A program made the position numbers and the translations under genes. Under the pieces are notes generated by a model. It had not been told where the DNA came from. It made no database searches and worked only from the letters and a program-made list of their open reading frames with translations. This document shows, one piece after another, positions 48,994 through 59,164 of a stretch of 64,000 bases of DNA. Within the stretch, counting starts at the first letter, position 1, and every line of letters starts with the position of its first letter. Source of the DNA: an uncultured Candidatus Actinomarina sp. (lineage in GTDB: Bacteria > Actinomycetota > Acidimicrobiia > Actinomarinales > Actinomarinaceae); contig CACLXG010000001.1 in NCBI GenBank assembly GCA_902610815.1, positions 76,775 to 140,774 of the forward strand, in the 5' to 3' direction.

Positions 48994-50145
48994 CTATATT
49001 TGATTTAAAAAGCTTTTACCAGGGAATATATTTTCTAAATTAAAAAATTCTGAAACAGTAGAGGCTATATTTGCAAAGCTTTCAACATCGCCAATATAAT
49101 TTGCTTTACCGTTATTTTTATATGCAACAAACGGAACATATTCCCTTGAGTGATCAGTTTTTCCATCTGTTGGGTCTGTGCCGTGATCTCCAGTTAAAAT
49201 AAGCAAGTCATTTTCGTTTAATAATTCAATAACTTTTCCTATACCTTTATCTATTATTTGTAAACCTTTGTAGTAACCATCAGGGTCTTCTCTGTGACCA
49301 TACAACATATCTAGATCTACTAAATTAACAAAAGTAAAATCATTATCTCCGGACTCAACTTCTTTTAACAAACATTCAATACCATTTTGATCGCCTTCAG
49401 TATGGACATAACTATTAAGAAATTCAATACCAAACAAATCAGAAATCTTTCCTATTCCATAAGTTTTTAAATTATTTTTTGATGCATAACTTAGAAGCGT
49501 TTCTCCAGGTGGATTCATTCCATAATCTTTCCTATCATAAGTTCGTTCAAAAGCGTTAATAGGACCTCTAAATGGTCGAGCAATTACTCTACCTATGTTG
49601 TACTGATTACAGTGTTTTCTAGAAATCTCACAAATTCTATAAAGCTCTTCAAGACTGCATACATCTTCATGAGCAGCGATTTGAAAAACTGAGTCACCAG
49701 ATGTGTATAAAATAAGTTCTTTGGTTTGCATATGTTGTTCACCAAGGTCTTTAATAATTTCAGTACCTGAAGCATGAATATTCCCAATAAATTTAAAATT
49801 AATTTCATCTTCTATCTTGCTGATAAGTTCATGAGGAAATCCATCTGGAAATGTTTCAAATTCCTTTGTTGTTATTAAACCTGCAATTTCCCAATGTCCT
49901 GTGGTTGAGTCGTTTCCTATAGATACTTCAGAAAGCCTACCAACAGTTGCTGCATGCTCAGTACCTAGTCCTAAAACATTAGTAATCTTTCCAAAACCTA
50001 ATTTATCAAAAGTGGGTAAATCAACACCTTGAACATGTTTTGCGACATTACCAAGTGTATTTACACCTTCGTCTCCGTATTGTTTTGCATCTGGTGCTTC
50101 ACCAACACCTAAAGAATCTATTACAACAAGAAAACATCTTTTCAT
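48994..50145 (-). CDS. deoB: Phosphopentomutase
   Basis: 383 aa with metal-binding DSLGVGEA..., TGDHGTDPT. Confidence 0.85.
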   Translation of the reverse strand: MKRCFLVVIDSLGVGEAPDAKQYGDEGVNTLGNVAKHVQGVDLPTFDKLGFGKITNVLGLGTEHAATVGRLSEVSIGNDSTTGHWEIAGLITTKEFETFPDGFPHELISKIEDEINFKFIGNIHASGTEIIKDLGEQHMQTKELILYTSGDSVFQIAAHEDVCSLEELYRICEISRKHCNQYNIGRVIARPFRGPINAFERTYDRKDYGMNPPGETLLSYASKNNLKTYGIGKISDLFGIEFLNSYVHTEGDQNGIECLLKEVESGDNDFTFVNLVDLDMLYGHREDPDGYYKGLQIIDKGIGKVIELLNENDLLILTGDHGTDPTDGKTDHSREYVPFVAYKNNGKANYIGDVESFANIASTVSEFFNLENIFPGKSFLNQI

Positions 50146-50768
50146 TAGGTTGTTCCGAAAAGCCTGTCTCCCATATCACCCAGTCCAGGAACTATGTACC
50201 AATTCTCATTAAGTTTTTCATCTATTTTTGCAGTTACTAAGGTAATGTCACTGTGTTCCTTTTTCAATCTTTCAATACCTTCTGGAGCAGAAATAACTGT
50301 TAAAGCAATTATGCTTTTAGGATTGTGTTCTTTGACCTTGTCTATTGCAAATGAAAGAGAACCACCAGTAGCAAGCATAGGTTCTAGAATAAAAACATTT
50401 TTGTTTTCTAAGTTTGGTAAATTCTCGTAATAATACTCAGGCGTAGCGGTCTCTTCATTTCTTTGAACTCCGATGTATCCAAATGATGTACTAGGTAGTA
50501 GGTTCTTAACACCATCAACAAGACCTAAACCTGCTCTTAAAACTGCAATAGCAACATTCTCATTTTCAATTTCTAAACCATCAATACTGGTTAAAGGAGT
50601 CTCTATAGGTTTTACTTTTGTCGATATATTTTTTGTACCTTCAATAAAAAGCAGATATGACAATTTAGAGGAGTATTCTCTAAAATTTTCGAAATCTGTT
50701 TCCTTGTCTCTAATTATTGTTAGATAGTGATCTTTTAAAGGATGTGAAATTTCAATTACTTGCATCAA
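50145..50768 (-). CDS. upp: Uracil phosphoribosyltransferase
   Basis: 207 aa; PRPP-binding ILEPMLATGGS. Confidence 0.85.
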   Translation of the reverse strand: MMQVIEISHPLKDHYLTIIRDKETDFENFREYSSKLSYLLFIEGTKNISTKVKPIETPLTSIDGLEIENENVAIAVLRAGLGLVDGVKNLLPSTSFGYIGVQRNEETATPEYYYENLPNLENKNVFILEPMLATGGSLSFAIDKVKEHNPKSIIALTVISAPEGIERLKKEHSDITLVTAKIDEKLNENWYIVPGLGDMGDRLFGTT

Positions 50769-50892
50769 AATTAGGTTAGCAAAACATTAAATCTTTTCTA
50801 GTTATTTTTATGAAGAAGTTAATCTATTTAATGTACATTTTATGTCTCACTTCATGTAAGATAATGTATTGCAATTTAAATAAAGGAAATTA

Positions 50893-51297
50893 ATGCCTGT
50901 AAGAATAAGACTTGCTCAAAGAGGTAAGAAAAAAAATAGAACTTTCCGTGTGATTGTTGCTGACTCTCGTTCACCAAGAGATGGCAAATTTATAGAAGAT
51001 TTAGGTTATTACGATCCACATCACAATCCATCTATGGTTGAAATTGATGTAGACAAAGCTGTTGCTTGGTTAGATAAAGGAGCACAACCTTCTGAAAGGG
51101 CGCAAAAAATATTAGAAATTTCAGGTGCATGGGCACAGTGGCGTTCGACTAAAGGAGAGGTTGTTCCCGTACCACAAGCTCCTGAAGAAAAAATTAAAAG
51201 CAGTTCAAAAGCTAATAAAAAACAACAAGAAGAAAATTTAGACGAAGAGAATAACAATGAGCCTTCTGAAGAGTCCACTGATAAGGAAGAGGAATAA
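50893..51297 (+). CDS. rpsP: 30S ribosomal protein S16 with an acidic/Lys-rich C-terminal tail
   Basis: MPVRIRLAQRGKKKNRTFRVIVADSRSPRDGKFIEDLGYYDP. Confidence 0.85.
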   Translation: MPVRIRLAQRGKKKNRTFRVIVADSRSPRDGKFIEDLGYYDPHHNPSMVEIDVDKAVAWLDKGAQPSERAQKILEISGAWAQWRSTKGEVVPVPQAPEEKIKSSSKANKKQQEENLDEENNNEPSEESTDKEEE

Positions 51298-51548
51298 TGG
51301 CTTCAGGCACAATTGTTAAAAATGTTGTTGAGTACATCGTAAACCAGATTGTAGAAGATACTAAATCTGTAAAAGTTGATGTTGCAGACTCTGATGATGA
51401 AAATGTAACTATAGAGGTTAGAACTTCACCTGATGATATGGGAAGAGTTATTGGTAAAAGAGGAAGAGTCGCAAGAGCAATCAGAACTGTTGCACAAGCT
51501 GCAGCTGATGAAGAAGGCTTACAATCTTCTGTAGAATTTATTGACTAA
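51297..51548 (+). CDS. KH-domain RNA-binding protein (YlqC-like)
   Basis: GRVIGKRGRVARAIRTV KH motif; TAATG overlap with rpsP. Confidence 0.7.
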   Translation: MASGTIVKNVVEYIVNQIVEDTKSVKVDVADSDDENVTIEVRTSPDDMGRVIGKRGRVARAIRTVAQAAADEEGLQSSVEFID

Positions 51549-52020
51549 TCAAAACTATTTTATTGTAGGTAAGTTAGGTAAACCACATTCCTTAAAAGGT
51601 TTTCAATATATAAATATTGAATATTTTTTTCGAAATTTTGATTTAAAAGAAATTTCATTACAAATTGAAGGTATAAATTTTGTTGTTGAGGAATTTAAAA
51701 AACATTTAAAAAATAGAAATTTAATAAAATTCAAATCTTATGACACAATTGAATCAATTAGTAAATTAAGAAATATGGATGTAAAAATTAATAGAGACTT
51801 ACTTGATACATTTCTTAATGAAAATAAATTACCTTGGCCTGGTTTTTTTATAGGACAAGAATTAAAAGGTAATGATTACAAGTTGTTAAGTTATGAGGTC
51901 TTAAATAATATGTATTTTCTCAAAATTAGTGGTGTAGAAATGGTTGTCCCTTACAACAGTGATTTTTTTATTTATGAAAACGATAACTTAACTTTATTGG
52001 ACAGTAGCTTAACTATTTAA
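51541..52020 (+). CDS. rimM: Ribosome maturation factor RimM
   Basis: TTG start; YFIVGKLGKPHSLKG N-terminus. Confidence 0.7.
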   Translation: MTNQNYFIVGKLGKPHSLKGFQYINIEYFFRNFDLKEISLQIEGINFVVEEFKKHLKNRNLIKFKSYDTIESISKLRNMDVKINRDLLDTFLNENKLPWPGFFIGQELKGNDYKLLSYEVLNNMYFLKISGVEMVVPYNSDFFIYENDNLTLLDSSLTI

Positions 52021-52725
52021 CCATTCAAACAATTTAATACTTACATTATCTTCAAGCATGTTTTCAGGATGCCACTGCACTCCAATTGCATTCCAACCAT
52101 TTGTGACCTCTACACCCTCAATAACACCATCAGATGATTTAGCAGTTATTTTTAAGTCATTACCAATTTTGTTTATTGCCTGATGATGAATTGAATTGAC
52201 TTGTATTTCATTTTCTTGAATTATTTTATATAATTTTGAGTTACTTTCTATATTTACATCATGAACATGTGAACGCGCATCATCAAATGGTTTATCATGT
52301 TCGATTTGACTAAATCCACTATCTTTGAGGTCTTGATAAAGTGTTCCACCTTTAAAAACATTTAATAATTGATGTCCTCTACATATAGCAAGAGTTTTTA
52401 TATTATGTTCTTCTGCAGATTTAAGCATTGCCAATTCGGTGCTATCTCTATAATCCGAAATTCTTATTGTTTTTTCGAGTTTTTCTTCTCCATAGATATT
52501 TGGGTTAATATCACCACCACCAGAAATTACAATTGCATCAAATTTTGATACGTCTATCATCTCTAAATTTTCTTGTGGCCCAAAGATAACAGCAGTATTT
52601 CCATAGTTGTTACATGCTTTAACAAAATCACTATTAATAACAACGCATGGAATATTACCAGGTGCCATGTCTACATTTTTAAGACCAGTGGATATTCCTA
52701 TTAATTTACCCATCGATAAAAACAC
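52009..52725 (-). CDS. Class-I glutamine amidotransferase-like gamma-glutamyl hydrolase (PuuD / peptidase C26 family)
   Basis: Catalytic ICRGHQLLN; C-terminal His in QWHPE. Confidence 0.7.
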   Translation of the reverse strand: MFLSMGKLIGISTGLKNVDMAPGNIPCVVINSDFVKACNNYGNTAVIFGPQENLEMIDVSKFDAIVISGGGDINPNIYGEEKLEKTIRISDYRDSTELAMLKSAEEHNIKTLAICRGHQLLNVFKGGTLYQDLKDSGFSQIEHDKPFDDARSHVHDVNIESNSKLYKIIQENEIQVNSIHHQAINKIGNDLKITAKSSDGVIEGVEVTNGWNAIGVQWHPENMLEDNVSIKLFEWLNS

Positions 52726-53122
52726 ACTGTACTTCTACACATACATTTAACGGTAAGCTAGCAACACCTACAGCTGATCGTGTCGACTTTTCAATAAAGT
52801 ATTCTGAAAGTTTATCTGTAAACCCATTGAGGACTTTTGCGTGATCCCCAAAACCTTCATTAGCATTTACAAAACCAATAACATTTACAGGTTGTAAGTT
52901 TTCAATAGATCCATGTTTTTTAATTGTTGCAATAGTAAGTTCAGCACATAACTCTGCCGCTTTATAGGCTTCATCTACTGAAATTTCAGTTGGTACCTTT
53001 CCTATATATTTTTTTTGTTCTGTAATAGGTACATGTCCAGATGTGTACACATAGTTTCCAATTTTTTTATATGTTACATAATTTCCAATTGCTTCCGGAG
53101 CGATTGGAAGATTGTTATCCAT
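52706..53122 (-). CDS. ridA: RidA/YjgF-family reactive-intermediate deaminase
   Basis: 138 aa; C-terminal AVGVASLPLNVCVEVQCVF. Confidence 0.7.
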   Translation of the reverse strand: MDNNLPIAPEAIGNYVTYKKIGNYVYTSGHVPITEQKKYIGKVPTEISVDEAYKAAELCAELTIATIKKHGSIENLQPVNVIGFVNANEGFGDHAKVLNGFTDKLSEYFIEKSTRSAVGVASLPLNVCVEVQCVFIDG

Positions 53123-54119
53123 TATTTAATAGATTTCCAATAAGATCTACAACTCTATTTGAGTAACCCCATTCGTTGTCGTACCAACATACAACTTTGA
53201 CGTGATTTTTGTCTATTAATTGTGTTGAAGATGCATCATAAATACTTGAATGTGGGTTATTTAATATATCGGTAGATACAAGAGGAACTTCAGAGTACTC
53301 TAAAATACCTTTCAGTTCGTGATCTGCAGCTTCTTTAACAGCTTTATTTATATCATCTATAGAAACAGACTTTTCTAATTCCACCACTAAATCAACTACA
53401 CTTCCATCTGGCACAGGAACTCTCATTGCCATACCATCTAATTTGCCGTTTAATTCAGGTAAAACCATACCAACTGCTTTAGCTGCGCCTGTTGAAGTAG
53501 GAATTATATTTTGCGTAGCACTTCTGCCTCTTCTAAAATCACTATGTGTTGTTTCAGCTAGTGCTTGATCATTAGTGTATGCATGTACTGTGGTCATAAG
53601 ACCAGATTTGATTCCAAAATTATCATCCAATACTTTAGCTATGGGTGCTAAACAGTTTGTAGTACATGATGCATTAGAGACAATTTTATCATCTGGCTTC
53701 AAGTCATTGTCATTTACACCTAAAACTATTGTTGCGTCAATTTCATCTTTGGGCGGTACAGTAAGTAATACTTTTTTAGCACCAGCAGATATGTGTTTAT
53801 TAAGGGATTCATTATCTCTAAAAATTCCAGTTGATTCAATTACAACATCCACATCTAATTCGCTCCATGGAAGCTCAGATGGATCTTTTATTGAGGTAAG
53901 TTTAATAACTCTGTCTCCAACTAAAAGATTGTCTCCATCAACATTTACATCGCTATCCAAAATGCCCATTACAGAATCATGTTTTAAAAGATATGCAAGA
54001 TTTTCATAATTACCGAGGTCATTAATTGCAACAACATTTATATCAGAATTATTTTCAACAATTATTCTTAATATAGAACGTCCAATTCTTCCAAAACCAT
54101 TTATTGCTACATTACCCAT
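53115..54119 (-). CDS. gap: Glyceraldehyde-3-phosphate dehydrogenase (canonical)
   Basis: NGFGRIGR and active site SNASCTTNCLAP are intact. Confidence 0.85.
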   Translation of the reverse strand: MGNVAINGFGRIGRSILRIIVENNSDINVVAINDLGNYENLAYLLKHDSVMGILDSDVNVDGDNLLVGDRVIKLTSIKDPSELPWSELDVDVVIESTGIFRDNESLNKHISAGAKKVLLTVPPKDEIDATIVLGVNDNDLKPDDKIVSNASCTTNCLAPIAKVLDDNFGIKSGLMTTVHAYTNDQALAETTHSDFRRGRSATQNIIPTSTGAAKAVGMVLPELNGKLDGMAMRVPVPDGSVVDLVVELEKSVSIDDINKAVKEAADHELKGILEYSEVPLVSTDILNNPHSSIYDASSTQLIDKNHVKVVCWYDNEWGYSNRVVDLIGNLLNNG

Positions 54120-55125
54120 TTATAAAACCTGACCGAGCTTTTTCACTGTATCGACAATTCTAGCTGCATAACCCCAACCATTATCAAACCAAATAATGAG
54201 TTTAATTTTTTTATTATTAATACCCATTGTTGCTAACCCGTCCACTAAACCAGAGAATGTACTTCTTACAACATCAGAAGAAACAATTGGATCATATGTT
54301 AATCCGATAATGTTTTTTAAATCAGAATTGGAAGCATCCTCAATTATTTTATTGATATCTTCAATACTTGTTTCGTTTTTTGATATCAATTGTCAAATCA
54401 ACTGTACTTCCGTCAGGAATTGGTACTGTCATTGAAGATGAAGCTATCTTTCCTTCTATGAATGGAAGAACATTTGATATTACCTCAGAAGACTTGGTAA
54501 TACTTGGGATAATATTTTCACCAGCTGCTCTGTTAAGTCTAAAACCTTCACCTGCTACATCTGCTAAACGGTTTGAATTTGAATATCCATGAACAGTCGT
54601 GAGAAATGCTCTTTCAACCCCAACTTTACTATCTAAAGCTTTAATAATTGGTGCAACTGCATTTGCTGTATTGGAACCTAAGGAAAATACACTTGAGTTT
54701 AAATCTATATTTTCATCGTTTGCACCAGGCACATATATTTGTATATCTTCAAAATTTTCGGGAGTTGAGGCAACGATAACTTTTTTACAACCTTTTGATA
54801 AATGTTTATCAACTTCTTCTTTAGTCTTTGGTCTGCCAGTTGCAAGAACTACGATGTCAGTGTTTAGTTCATCCCAATTTGCTTCGTCACCATTTTTCCA
54901 AGAATTAAATATGATTTCTTTACCATTAACAACAATACCAGTTTCAGTTTCCTCAATTTCTGCATCTAACTTTCCGTAAATTGAGTCGTACTTTAATAAA
55001 TAAATTAAGTTAGCTTTATCAGCGGTGTCAGAAATAGATACAATATTTATATCATTATCATCCAATGTTTGCCTAAATAGATCTCTTCCTATTCTTCCAA
55101 AGCCAACTAAAGATACATTTGCCAT
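54120..55125 (-). pseudogene. GAPDH-like paralogue, frameshifted and lacking both active-site cysteines
   Basis: Two ORFs (54361-55125 N part, 54120-54389 C part) overlap in different frames at a T6 run (54376-54381). The active-site region reads SLGSNTANAVAP instead of SxxSCTTNCLAP. Confidence 0.55.
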
Positions 55126-55194
55126 TAACCCTCACAAGATTATTGAATAATTGTTGTTACAATCAACTAATAATATACCTTAAAAACATTATTT

Positions 55195-56316
55195 ATGACA
55201 GAATTAACGAGAAAAATTAATGATTCCATCTTTGGAGCAGTTTCAACTGAAGAATTGTTAGCTACTGCTTTTGAAAAGAAAATAGATTACTTTGGCAACA
55301 ATATTACATATAGTCCTAAAGTTTTTATTCCACTAACAACAATGTGTAGAGACAATTGTGGATATTGTACATTTGTAAAATCTCCCAAAGAGGGTGGAAC
55401 TTATTTAAATCAAGAAGAGGTTCTCTCAATAGCAGAAGCTGGTAATGAAGCTGGTTGCTATGAAGCTTTGTTTACTTTAGGAGATAAGCCAGAGCTCAAA
55501 TGGGATTTTGCTTTAACCCAACTTAAAGAATTAGGCCATTCCTCAACACATGATTATTTAATTAGTTCGATGAAGGTTGTAAATGAGAAATTTAATCTTT
55601 TTCCTCACGCCAACCCTGGTTTAATGAGCAAAAAAGAGATAAAGGAGTTAAAAAATCACTCACCATCTGGTGGGATTATGATTGAGTCATTTTCAAAAAA
55701 AATATACGACAAGGGAAAAGCTCATTACAAAACAGATACTAAATATATTGATTTAAGGTTGGACACCCTTAACAATGCATTAGAAGAGAAATATCCATTC
55801 ACAACTGGATTACTTCTTGGTTTAACTTCAACAAAAGAAGAAATTGTGAATGATATATCTAATTTAATTGATTATGTTAAAAAGAACTCTGCAATTCAGG
55901 AATTAATATTACAAAATTTTAGAGCAAAGAAAAATACATTAATGAAGAATAGTTCTGAAATAACAAATGATTTATTTTTAAGAATCATTGCAACGACTAG
56001 AATTTATGCCCCTTCACATATATCTCTCCAAGTTCCACCAAATCTTTCACCGGACATAACAATATTTTTAAAAAGTGGCATTAATGATTTAGGTGGAATA
56101 TCTCCATTAACTATTGATTGGGTAAATCCAGATCATTTATGGCCAAATATAAATAAATTAAAATTAGATATTTCAAGTACAGATCAAGTCCTTAAAAAGA
56201 GGTTACCTGTTTATCCCGAATTTATAAAAAAAGAATGGTTAAATAGTAAAATTTTTGAAAAAGTTAATAATATTATTGATACAGATGGATATCCAAAAGA
56301 ACACAATGAACAATAA
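55195..56316 (+). CDS. cofG: FO synthase subunit 1 (7,8-didemethyl-8-hydroxy-5-deazariboflavin synthase, radical SAM)
   Basis: CRDNCGYCTF radical-SAM cluster motif. 373 aa. Confidence 0.8.
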   Translation: MTELTRKINDSIFGAVSTEELLATAFEKKIDYFGNNITYSPKVFIPLTTMCRDNCGYCTFVKSPKEGGTYLNQEEVLSIAEAGNEAGCYEALFTLGDKPELKWDFALTQLKELGHSSTHDYLISSMKVVNEKFNLFPHANPGLMSKKEIKELKNHSPSGGIMIESFSKKIYDKGKAHYKTDTKYIDLRLDTLNNALEEKYPFTTGLLLGLTSTKEEIVNDISNLIDYVKKNSAIQELILQNFRAKKNTLMKNSSEITNDLFLRIIATTRIYAPSHISLQVPPNLSPDITIFLKSGINDLGGISPLTIDWVNPDHLWPNINKLKLDISSTDQVLKKRLPVYPEFIKKEWLNSKIFEKVNNIIDTDGYPKEHNEQ

Positions 56317-58141
56317 CATTTCTTTTCTTCGAATCAGACCATGTGATAACGACAATGAAATATATTTAAATTCAAGAAAAAAAGAGGGAACTTCTGCATT
56401 CTTAATAAAAAGTGATGTGTCAGTAAATACAGATAATTTACATAATAAAGATTTTCAAACAGTATCAAAGGATATCACCATAAATTCAGACGCATGGATT
56501 GTTACTGATGAAAACTGGAAGAAATTTAAATCTGTTCATCCAAAAAGATTGATTTACATTTTTAAAAATAATATTGAAATCGCATTAGAAGTTATCGATA
56601 GACTAAAGCCACACACTATTTTAATTTCTACTAATTCAGATTTACAATTCCTTAAATCTATCAACTCAAAAACAAGTTTTATAACATCGACATATGTTGA
56701 AACAATTGAGGAAGCAATTGAATTTGCTAATGCAGGAGTTTCAGATTTACTCCTCAGGGACTGGAGTTCCGAACAGATATTAGAACTTCAAAATCTAGAA
56801 GGACTAAATTTCTATGAACGAACTTTACTTTCTCCAGTATTTTCTATTGATGAAGCAAGAGAAGAATTTGATAAAGAAAGATTTTTTAGATTCTTAAAAA
56901 CTAGAAATATCCGAGGTTTTAGAAGAGAAGAGACAAGTTGGTTTCCTGGTAGTGGAAAAAATATTCCAAATTTAAATAATTTTGTCTTTAACAACAAAAG
57001 CCAAATTAACCATTCTGAATTTGACTCAATATTGAAAAGGGTATTAGATGGATATCAAATTAATAATGATGATCTGAAAGTATTGTTTAATACCGCAGGA
57101 GAAAAAATAAATGATATTGCAAATGTTGCTAATGAGTTAAATTTTTTAAAAAACGGAAATAATGTTTCTTATGTAAAGAATAGAAATATTAATTATACAA
57201 ATCAATGCTATTACAAATGTGGTTTCTGTGGATTTTCTAAAGGTCCTAATAGTTTAAATTTAAAAGAAAAACCATACAGCATTGATATACAAGAAGTAGT
57301 TGAAAGAACTGTCGAAGCATATGAAATGGGTGCATCAGAAGTGTGTTTACAAGGCGGCATTCATCCTGACTATACGGGAGAGTTTTATTTAAAGATGGTA
57401 GAAGATATAAAAGCTTCTGTTCCGGAAATGCATATTCACGGTTTCACTCCTTTAGAAATTTGGCAAGGAGCAGAGACTATTGGTTTGAATGTTGAAGAGT
57501 ACTTAAGTCTGTTAAAAAAAGCTGGGCTAAACACACTCCCCGGTACTGCAGCTGAAATATTAGACGATAGAGTTAGAAAATATCTTTGCCCTGATAAAAT
57601 AACTTCTTCACAATGGGCATATGTCATGGAAGTAGCTCATAACTTAGGGATAAAATCTACAGCAACAATTATGTTTGGTCATATTGATGATATAGATTCA
57701 TGGGTTAATCATTTTTCATTAATTAAAAATGTTCAAAGCAAAACAAATGGATTTACTGAAGTTGTACCTCTTCCTTTTGTTCATATGGGTTCTCCTATTT
57801 ACTTACAAGGTAAAAGTATGCCAGGACCTACTTGGGATGAGGTAGTTCTTATTCACTCATTAGCACGAATTTATTTTGTAAATTCAATAGACAACATTCA
57901 AGCAAGCTGGGTGAAATTGGGTCATGATGGAGCAGGGAAACTACTTCATGCTGGTGTTAATGATTTAGGTGGTACTTTGATCAATGAAAACATTAGCAGA
58001 GCTTCAGGAGCAGATCATGGGCAAGAAACAACTGAAGATCAATTTATTCAAATAATTGAGTCTGAAAATAAAAATCCAATTTTGAGAAATACTCTATATA
58101 CAAAATTCACTGAAACAAAAAATACTTTAGAAAAAAGATGA
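56306..58141 (+). CDS. cofH: FO synthase subunit 2 (radical SAM) with a ~230-aa N-terminal extension
   Basis: ATG at 56306 overlaps the cofG TAA by 11 nt. The CofH-like region with CYYKCGFCGF starts at about residue 235. The preceding region is uncharacterised. Confidence 0.7.
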   Translation: MNNNISFLRIRPCDNDNEIYLNSRKKEGTSAFLIKSDVSVNTDNLHNKDFQTVSKDITINSDAWIVTDENWKKFKSVHPKRLIYIFKNNIEIALEVIDRLKPHTILISTNSDLQFLKSINSKTSFITSTYVETIEEAIEFANAGVSDLLLRDWSSEQILELQNLEGLNFYERTLLSPVFSIDEAREEFDKERFFRFLKTRNIRGFRREETSWFPGSGKNIPNLNNFVFNNKSQINHSEFDSILKRVLDGYQINNDDLKVLFNTAGEKINDIANVANELNFLKNGNNVSYVKNRNINYTNQCYYKCGFCGFSKGPNSLNLKEKPYSIDIQEVVERTVEAYEMGASEVCLQGGIHPDYTGEFYLKMVEDIKASVPEMHIHGFTPLEIWQGAETIGLNVEEYLSLLKKAGLNTLPGTAAEILDDRVRKYLCPDKITSSQWAYVMEVAHNLGIKSTATIMFGHIDDIDSWVNHFSLIKNVQSKTNGFTEVVPLPFVHMGSPIYLQGKSMPGPTWDEVVLIHSLARIYFVNSIDNIQASWVKLGHDGAGKLLHAGVNDLGGTLINENISRASGADHGQETTEDQFIQIIESENKNPILRNTLYTKFTETKNTLEKR

Positions 58142-58773
58142 ATTCTTACAATGTAATAACATTATTTCCAAATCTAATTGAAGAATGGAAAAATACCGGG
58201 ATTATTAATCAAGCATTAAAAAATAATTTAGTAGCTATAAATTCAACAAACCTAAGAGATTTTGGCATAGGAACATATAAACAAGTTGATGATGCTCCAT
58301 ATGGCGGTGGGCCAGGAATGGTTTTGATGCCAGAACCATTAGACAAAGCTATAACTTCCAGCAAGGCAGATATTAATGTTTTCCTGACTCCATCAGGTCA
58401 GCAATTAAATGAAAACCTTATAAGTGAATTACTTGAATATAAGTCAATTAATCTGGTGTGTGGTAGATACGAAGGATTTGATCAAAGAATTTTAGAAATT
58501 CATTCTGATTATGAAATTTCAATTGGTCAAGCTGTTGTTTCTGGTGGAGAAGTACCAGCTTTGTATTTATTAGAAGCATTGATTAGGAAAATCCCAGATG
58601 TTTTAGGAAATCCTGAATCACTAATAAGTGAAACATTTACAGATAACAAAATTGATTATCCAGTCTATACAAGACCTGAAATCTTTAAAAATAAGGAAGT
58701 TCCAGAGGTACTTTTGTCTGGAAATCATCAAAAAATAGATGAATGGAAAAAGAATAATTTAAAAGACATATAA
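58138..58773 (+). CDS. trmD: tRNA (guanine37-N1)-methyltransferase
   Basis: ITLFPNLIE N-terminus and SPOUT fold pattern. Confidence 0.85.
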   Translation: MNSYNVITLFPNLIEEWKNTGIINQALKNNLVAINSTNLRDFGIGTYKQVDDAPYGGGPGMVLMPEPLDKAITSSKADINVFLTPSGQQLNENLISELLEYKSINLVCGRYEGFDQRILEIHSDYEISIGQAVVSGGEVPALYLLEALIRKIPDVLGNPESLISETFTDNKIDYPVYTRPEIFKNKEVPEVLLSGNHQKIDEWKKNNLKDI

Positions 58774-58810
58774 ACCTGACTTAATTATATAATTCTCATC
58801 TGGAGCAACT

Positions 58811-59155
58811 ATGGACTTAATTAAAAGCATTGAAAATGAATTCTTAAAGGAAGACTTACCTTCTTTTGGTCCTGGTGATGCTGTAAAAGTAAATGTAAAA
58901 GTATCAGAAGGAAACAGAGAAAGAATTCAGACCTTCGAAGGTGTAATTATTGCTATTAATGGTGTAGGTATAAATAAAACTATTACTGTTAGAAAGCTAT
59001 CTTTCGGAGTTGGTGTTGAAAGAATTTTTCCAGTTCATGCACCAATTGTTGACTCAATTGAAGTTATTAGAAAAGGTAAAGTAAGAAGATCTAAACTCTA
59101 CTATCTCAGAGATCGTGTTGGTAAATCAGCAAAAATAAAAGAAGATCGTAATTAA
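58811..59155 (+). CDS. rplS: 50S ribosomal protein L19
   Basis: [28 protein letters not shown]. Confidence 0.85.
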   Translation: MDLIKSIENEFLKEDLPSFGPGDAVKVNVKVSEGNRERIQTFEGVIIAINGVGINKTITVRKLSFGVGVERIFPVHAPIVDSIEVIRKGKVRRSKLYYLRDRVGKSAKIKEDRN

Positions 59156-59164
59156 ACTTACTTT

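Noticed and set aside
50893-51297. Acidic/Lys-rich C-terminal tail on ribosomal protein S16
   Set aside because: C-terminal extensions of S16 are common in actinobacteria; low-complexity and not a separate feature.
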